From Candidatus Latescibacterota bacterium (GTDB lineage: Bacteria > Latescibacterota > UBA2968 > GCA-2709665), in NCBI GenBank assembly GCA_965237675.1, contig OZ250150.1:1728001-1792000 (forward strand): a stretch of DNA of 64,000 nucleotides. Direction: 5' to 3'. Made by a program: the position numbers and the translations under genes. Below the pieces are notes generated by a model. That model saw only the letters and a list, made by a program, of their open reading frames with translations. It made no database searches and was not told the origin of the DNA. Position 1 is the first letter of the stretch, and the number at the start of each line of letters is the position of its first letter. Positions 60,934 through 64,000 of the stretch are shown piece by piece.

Positions 60934-62475
60934 ATGGAAGTTATGGTAGATTCAACCATACGAGACTCGCTTGAACTCGAAGTCGCTGATTTCGGACCGA
61001 TCGTCAATGCCAAAATCGATCTGCGCCCGTTGACGGTATTCATCGGACCGAGCAATACTGGGAAATCTTATCTGGCAACGTTGATCTATGCGCTGCATAT
61101 GTATTTTACGGGTAGATCGATCACTTCGCGGTTCTTTTTGAACTACGAGAGACTTCTTGATCTTGGTCCAAGCTTCGTAGACAGGGAAACTCTCAACGCG
61201 CTTAACGAATTTCTGAAGCAAGTGACGAACGGGATAGGAGATATCCGGAGCGAAAACGAAGCGGTTCTTCCCATCCCAATTGTCAAGGCAATTTGCTCAA
61301 TGTTTGAGTTACAGAACGATCAACTCCACAGTGAAATCGAAAGGTGCTTTGGGATCGACAGTGCCAGCGCACTTATCCGGAAAGGGAACAGGCGATGTGC
61401 GCGGATTGTATTACGGAAATCTACTTCAAGGGATTCGGCATCGTTTGAACACGAACTGATTCTGAAGTCTAATGCACCAGAATTCGTGACGGCGATGCCC
61501 AATGTGGAACAACTGAGGGTTAAACTCGACGATAGGAAAGAGTTCGTTGAGTACTACGACCGCCTGAAGAATACGTTCTTGAGAGCTGATCAAATGGGCC
61601 AGGATTCGTATCGACAAGCCTTGGGGCCAATCAATCATTTGCTTGGACTCGCTCTTCCGCACCTTGTAGGTTCCCTTTATCGCGCGGCATTCTATCTCCC
61701 CGCCGATCGAACCGGCGTGATGAATAGCCATCAGGTGGTCGTGAGTGCGTTGATCCAGAACGCTACAACTGCCGGTCTGCGTCCCGATGAAGAAACTCCA
61801 ATGCTGTCGGGTGTTTTGGGTGATTTTCTGCAAAACTTGCTCGTTTTGCCCAGTGCGGCAATTCGTCAAAGCACGTCCAGGAAACATCTGGGTGCGCGAA
61901 TTGAAGATCTGATTCTCGGCGGATCGATTCAGGTCGAAAGATCGGAGTTGATTAGCTACCCGCACTTCACCTACCAGCCATCGGGATGGAAACATCCGAT
62001 GCCGTTGATGAATGCCTCTTCCATGGTATCGGAAATCGCACCGGTAGTGATGTTTCTTCGCCATCTGGTCAGCCCCGGCAGTACACTCATTATCGAAGAA
62101 CCCGAATCACACTTGCACCCTGCCATGCAGGTCGAATTTACCCGTCAGATCGCCGCGCTTGTTAAGGCGGGAGTCAGGGTAATCGTCACGACGCACAGCG
62201 AGTGGGTACTTGAGGAACTCGCCAACGTCGTGCGACGCTCCGAACTTCCCGAGTCCCGTCGAAAGGAGATGCCCCACGGCGAATTTGCCCTTCGTCCCGA
62301 GCAGGTGGGGGCATGGCTGTTCAAGCAGAAGCGCCGCCCGAAGGGATCGGTCGTCGAAGAAATTCGATTCGATCCTGATGCAGGTGGGCTTGAGAGTGAT
62401 TTCAGCGAAGTTGGCCGACAACTCTACAATGATTGGGCGACGATCGGTAACCGTATTGCAGGAAGTACCGAGTAA
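60934..62475 (+). CDS. AAA_15/AAA_21-type (ABC-fold) ATPase
   Basis: Walker A GPSNTGKS, YLPADRTG, ASSMVSE, Walker B IIEEPESHLHP, TTHS. Confidence 0.9.
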   Translation: MEVMVDSTIRDSLELEVADFGPIVNAKIDLRPLTVFIGPSNTGKSYLATLIYALHMYFTGRSITSRFFLNYERLLDLGPSFVDRETLNALNEFLKQVTNGIGDIRSENEAVLPIPIVKAICSMFELQNDQLHSEIERCFGIDSASALIRKGNRRCARIVLRKSTSRDSASFEHELILKSNAPEFVTAMPNVEQLRVKLDDRKEFVEYYDRLKNTFLRADQMGQDSYRQALGPINHLLGLALPHLVGSLYRAAFYLPADRTGVMNSHQVVVSALIQNATTAGLRPDEETPMLSGVLGDFLQNLLVLPSAAIRQSTSRKHLGARIEDLILGGSIQVERSELISYPHFTYQPSGWKHPMPLMNASSMVSEIAPVVMFLRHLVSPGSTLIIEEPESHLHPAMQVEFTRQIAALVKAGVRVIVTTHSEWVLEELANVVRRSELPESRRKEMPHGEFALRPEQVGAWLFKQKRRPKGSVVEEIRFDPDAGGLESDFSEVGRQLYNDWATIGNRIAGSTE

Positions 62476-62960
62476 TGTGTGGCTTAGTCGAACAGCTGAA
62501 AAATGGACTTCCTGAAGGGACCATCGTTAAGAGATGCTCGAAAGAGGGTTGCAAGGTTCCGTTGAAAAACGCCCCGTCGCCGCATCTGGTTATGGATCTG
62601 GATCACCCTTATTTCGACCTGAAGGATAAGACACATTGCGATTTTCTGTTTATCAGTTGCGACTGCAATGGTGGCGACAACTGGGTCATGCCACTGGAAT
62701 TAAAACGTGGCAGCCCGGATGCAACAGAAATGGTATCGCAGCTACAGGCTGGATCCGGCGTCGCCGAAGCTCGGATTCCGGACGAACACAAGACGCATTT
62801 CCTTCCGGTTGGGGCCTATGGAGGCCGTTTGCATATTACGCAAAGGGATAAGCTCAGAAAGTCTCGAGTTTCGTTTCGCAGAAAAGAATACCAGATTAAA
62901 CTCATCCGATGCGGAACACCTTTGAAAAATTCTCTTCTGCGGAGTTCGAGCGCGAAATGA
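62475..62960 (+). CDS. Hypothetical protein, PD-(D/E)xK-like nuclease candidate
   Basis: TAATG coupling to the ATPase; CDFLF...PLELKRG...SQL pattern. Confidence 0.55.
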   Translation: MCGLVEQLKNGLPEGTIVKRCSKEGCKVPLKNAPSPHLVMDLDHPYFDLKDKTHCDFLFISCDCNGGDNWVMPLELKRGSPDATEMVSQLQAGSGVAEARIPDEHKTHFLPVGAYGGRLHITQRDKLRKSRVSFRRKEYQIKLIRCGTPLKNSLLRSSSAK

Positions 62961-64000
62961 ATACCCACCGAAAAAAACTTATCGAAGTCGCCCTTCCGCT
63001 TGACGCTATCAACGCCGCGTCGGCTCGTGAAAAGTCGATCCGCCACGGCCACCCCAGCACCCTTCACCTCTGGTGGGCGCGACGCCCACTGGCGGCAGCG
63101 CGGGCAGTGATCTTTGCGCAGATGGTGGATGATCCGTCGGCGCACCCGGACCTGTTTCCATCCGAGGCTGATCAGGAGAAAGAACGCCAACGCCTGTTTC
63201 GCCTTATCGAGGAATTGGTGAAGTGGGAGAACACCACCAACGAGGCCGTTCTGGAACGGGCGCGATCCGAGATCCGCAAATCCTGGCGTCGGACCTGCGC
63301 CGACAATGCGGACCATCCACGTGCCAGCGAGTTGTTCAACCCGGACAAGCTGCCCGCCTTCCACGACCCGTTTGCGGGTGGCGGCTCGTTGCCGCTCGAA
63401 GCACAGCGCCTGGGACTTGAGGCCCACGCCAGTGACCTCAACCCGGTGGCCGTGCTTATCAACAAGGCCATGATCGAGATCCCGCCGAGATTTGCAGGCA
63501 GACCACCGGTGAATCCCGAAACAAGGCCCGGCGGATCGTCTACCAAGAAGTCTCTTGTTGAGCGACAATGGAAGGGCGCCGAAGGACTCGCGGAGGACGT
63601 ACGCTACTACGGCCAGTGGATGCGTGACGAAGCTGAGAAACGCATTGGACATCTATATCCTAAGATCGATGTCACCCCGGAGATGGTTCGGGAGCGGCCT
63701 GACCTCAAACAGTACAGTGGGCGCACATTGACGGTGATCGCTTGGCTGTGGGCGCGGACGGTGAAGAGTCCGAACCCGGCCTTTGCCGATGTGGACGTGC
63801 CACTGGCATCAACTTTCACGCTTTCAACGAAGAAAGGGAAGGATGCGTATGTCGAGCCGGTAATTGACGGGCGCGGTTATCAATTTACTGTTAGGGTAGG
63901 AAAGCCGAAAGATGCAGCTGCGGCGAAGGCGGGAACCAAGCTAACGCGAGGAGCGAACTTCCGCTGCATGATGTCCGGTACAGCACTCACGGCTGGTTAC
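62957..64000 (+). CDS. DUF1156 adenine DNA methyltransferase (5' part; runs off the window, absent from the ORF track)
   Basis: ATGA overlap; [49 protein letters not shown]; [17 protein letters not shown]. Confidence 0.92.
   Translation, partial: MNTHRKKLIEVALPLDAINAASAREKSIRHGHPSTLHLWWARRPLAAARAVIFAQMVDDPSAHPDLFPSEADQEKERQRLFRLIEELVKWENTTNEAVLERARSEIRKSWRRTCADNADHPRASELFNPDKLPAFHDPFAGGGSLPLEAQRLGLEAHASDLNPVAVLINKAMIEIPPRFAGRPPVNPETRPGGSSTKKSLVERQWKGAEGLAEDVRYYGQWMRDEAEKRIGHLYPKIDVTPEMVRERPDLKQYSGRTLTVIAWLWARTVKSPNPAFADVDVPLASTFTLSTKKGKDAYVEPVIDGRGYQFTVRVGKPKDAAAAKAGTKLTRGANFRCMMSGTALTAGY

Overview
GC-rich bacterial window. The gene repertoire (dockerin/EF-hand-tagged proteins, many Gfo/Idh/MocA, PhyH and heparinase II/III-like genes) suggests a Latescibacterota/Poribacteria-like organism; this is inference only. 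Positions 1-52.7 kb are a large, almost entirely plus-strand glycan-catabolism region with four heparinase II/III-like lyases, three complete (plus one partial) ~1.25-kaa paralogous lyase-like/FG-GAP propeller proteins, a BNR sialidase-like protein, a DUF4838-like protein, four NAD oxidoreductases and three PhyH dioxygenases. At its centre is an uncharacterised three-gene membrane module: a DUF6785-like protein, a 1571-aa degenerate-M28/MacB-FtsX fusion and a second DUF6785-like protein. Small TA-like pairs and several MITE/REP palindromes are interspersed. Positions 52.7-54.3 kb hold a REP-associated Y1 transposase inside a structured REP array. Positions 54.4-64 kb are a defence island: an SNF2-DUF3883 helicase and a DUF1156 methyltransferase (running off the window), separated by a lower-GC cassette (IS256 remnant, GHKL kinase-STAS-PIN triad, broken HigA-ImmA gene, AAA ATPase plus small nuclease-like gene). 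No rRNA, tRNA or CRISPR array was seen. All family assignments come from motif recognition by eye, not from database searches.
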